From Xylographa opegraphella (Eukaryota), in the NCBI GenBank assembly GCA_022813865.1, contig JALDZX010000036.1, positions 62,001 through 126,000 on the forward strand: 64,000 nt of DNA, written 5' to 3'. A program made the translations under genes and the position numbers. Below are positions 61,633 to 64,000 of this stretch, piece by piece. Under the pieces are notes generated by a model. The model was given only the letters and a program-made list of their open reading frames with translations. It was not told the DNA's origin and did no database searches. Within the stretch, counting starts at the first letter, position 1. Each line of letters begins with the position of its first letter.

Positions 61633-62956
61633 TTAATCACGGCCTTTCGGAATGGCTGTGTGTTCTCCACTCAATTCTGCATCTGTCAGATATTTGTTTG
61701 TCACATTCCATTCCGTCTTTACCCTGATACCTGCCGATGGAGATCTTCTATGTTCCGAACCATTATTTGACGCCAAAGAATCCTTGCCTGTAGGGTCGGC
61801 CATGGTACGCAGAGCATATTCATCGTCGTCCAGTTTACGGAATTTCTTGCTATTGTCTTTCGATTGACTGAAGCTGAAGCCCGAGCCACTGTTCGCAGAG
61901 ACCTTGCTCTTGGTGTCGGGGAAGACCAACGAGAAGAGAGGACGCATGAGCGGCAGGCAAGCGAGAGTGACGCCTAGGGCCGGTTCGAGCATACTCCAAA
62001 TGAGTGCATCGACGACGGAATAGGTGATGTCCGCATAGGATACGCTGACAAGGGTGATGAGGCGGACGATACTAATGATACATATGCTAGACATGATGTC
62101 AGCAAATCTCTTAGTACGCATGAAGATATCCTACTGACGTGAAGCCAATACCGAACATTCCGAACAATGCTATCTTGTTCTTCCTCGGGACATGGAGGTT
62201 CCAGACCATTGGCATGGGAAGGCACAAGACCATGAAATCGGTAAGGATGTTGAAGGCTCCGGTAATGATATAGGACAGAATCTGGTTTCCGCACGAGCCC
62301 CCAGGGATCGTCTGATCCCAATTGAATGCGAACGGCCTGCACAGAAGAAAGGCGCAAAGAACCACACTTGCACCCCAGAGAAGGACGACAACCATAAGGA
62401 CCTTTGCGACGAGCTTAAATAAAGGCACATTGAAGATTCGTACATAAAACACGAGGAGGGACAACTTTATGAAGACGAGAGAAGTGGCCCAAAGGATTTG
62501 AATGGCAACCAAATCCTGAAGGAAGGTGGTGAGTGAGGGTAGAAAACGTTCAACGAGTGCGGGTATTTACCTTGAGAAAGATCACAACTCCGGCTGGTCC
62601 ATCGGTCTCCATTACTTCGGTCACATGTCGACCAACACCACCAATGATAATGCCTTGAGATATATTAGGGTGGCAGAACTCATAATCGATGGGCAATCTT
62701 ACCGACAAAGTCGCATGCTTGTAATGCCCAAGTGCAGATCTAATGATGATTAGGATCTATAGCGAAATTGTATTTCTTCTCGACTACGTACCAAGGCAGC
62801 AAAGATCAGGTAGTCACTTGCATCGATACTCGTCTTCTTGAGCCTCTTGGACACAATACGCAGCGCGACGGCCATACCTGAAACGACAGCAAAGACGGCG
62901 GAAACGATCAACGGGGCCGTTTGCCTTTGAGAGGTGATGGGAGCTGGCGTGGCCAT
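61633..62956 (-). CDS. Pth11-like (fungal rhodopsin-domain) integral membrane protein, multi-exon
   Basis: AVALRIVSKR...DASDYLIFAAL, FIKLSLLVFYVRIF, CRPFAFNWD, NILTDFMVLCLPMP, WSMLEPALGVTLACLPLMRPL. Confidence 0.88.
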
Positions 62957-64000
62957 TTTGATATGGCTAGAATTGAAGCCTATAGATTGCACGGCAGTCG
63001 AAGTGGAACTGTAGAGCAAGGAAACGAAAGAAACTTGAGTCGAGTGGAAGAGTTCTCAAAGACCCTGTGAAAGGAGCGACGTCGTTGTGGATATAAAAGC
63101 CGCTGTCAAAAGCTTGGGCACTCTGTCGAGGACAAGGGGGAAACGCCCAGTACCGTCACAGTCTCCTGGAAAAGCGTTGGATCGCTGCACTGGCCCAATC
63201 AGTTCGACTATTCAAGGACCTTCAGGTACTCTGTGGGCTTTTTACAGTTCTGTTCCCTATCCGAAGTCTTGGAATGCTGCGTTGCTTTTTAACGGCGTCT
63301 AGCATTAGACCCTGCTTAGACTCTTCAAGGCGGAGCCTAGCGGTCTCTTAGGAGTCGGCCACCACCCCGGATGGCTGACAGAACCCGATGTGCTAGAGGA
63401 TGCCCGAAGCACGGAGTAAAAGGTTAGGTGAAGATAGTTGACCGGCGGCGTGAGAATTTTCTCTTTAGAGGCAACCGGTTCAATGAGTAGCGATGAGCCC
63501 CCGATCGAGACGAATCAATTCGAACGATGCGGCGAACGATTGAGTTGCGATCCGATTGCCAGTGATTGGTCGTCCTCGCTTTCCTGCTCGACGTAGAATA
63601 GTAGTCAGTGGTCAAGCAAAAGAGCTGGTATGCTGACGAGCTGCAGCAAACATTGGCCCTGAACAACGAAAGGTTCTACCGCGAGAGCCAATCCCCACTG
63701 ATCTGCTCAAACGTCGCGTAGAGTAGGAATGTCTCAGCGACAGCTTGACTTTGTTACAAATGGCTTAGTCGTAGCCTTTAGCGGCAGAGTGGTAGCTGGC
63801 AAGTACGAGAAGTGCTGAGGTCTGAAAGGCTCATCCCCTGCAGGTGAGGATCATTGCAAGTGGTGAGCGAGTGTCGGGAAATGGCCCCCACATACTCCGT
63901 ATCGTCCCGCGTCTTGGCTTGTGCTCAAGCCTGTATTCCAGGTCCATTGTTCATTTCTTTCCTGAGTGGCCCGTGACGATCACTCCTACGAGACCGCACT

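Overview
Eukaryotic, intron-rich DNA from a filamentous ascomycete (Pezizomycotina; lichen-forming Lecanoromycetes is a guess only). About 24 protein-coding genes can be reconstructed by hand from splice signals. Housekeeping blocks are COY1/CASP, a Vps3/TGFBRAP1-like gene, ayg1, a PLP aminotransferase, GH55, a GPI-type GH13, an F-box gene, RPL17, NOP1, a Usa1/HERP-like UBL gene, CAS1, a Zn2Cys6 gene and LSM7. They flank two accessory islands. The main result is a compact candidate fungal RiPP (dikaritin-type) locus at about 30.6-33.2 kb. It has two DUF3328/UstYa-family oxidases, each with both HxxHC motifs. It also has a two-exon 84-aa secreted precursor, missed by the ORF track, carrying three 11-aa repeats (DED-VMFP-S / DED-IMYP-D / DGD-ITYP-D) and no dibasic Kex2 sites. 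Downstream lie a Pth11-like membrane protein, a SAM methyltransferase, a small Cys-rich secreted protein and a secreted S28 peptidase, all between NOP1 and the UBL gene. A second island (about 49-56 kb) holds an atypical RING-H2 gene and an orphan of about 479 aa with GT-B-like motifs. All family assignments come from motif recognition by eye; no database search was run.
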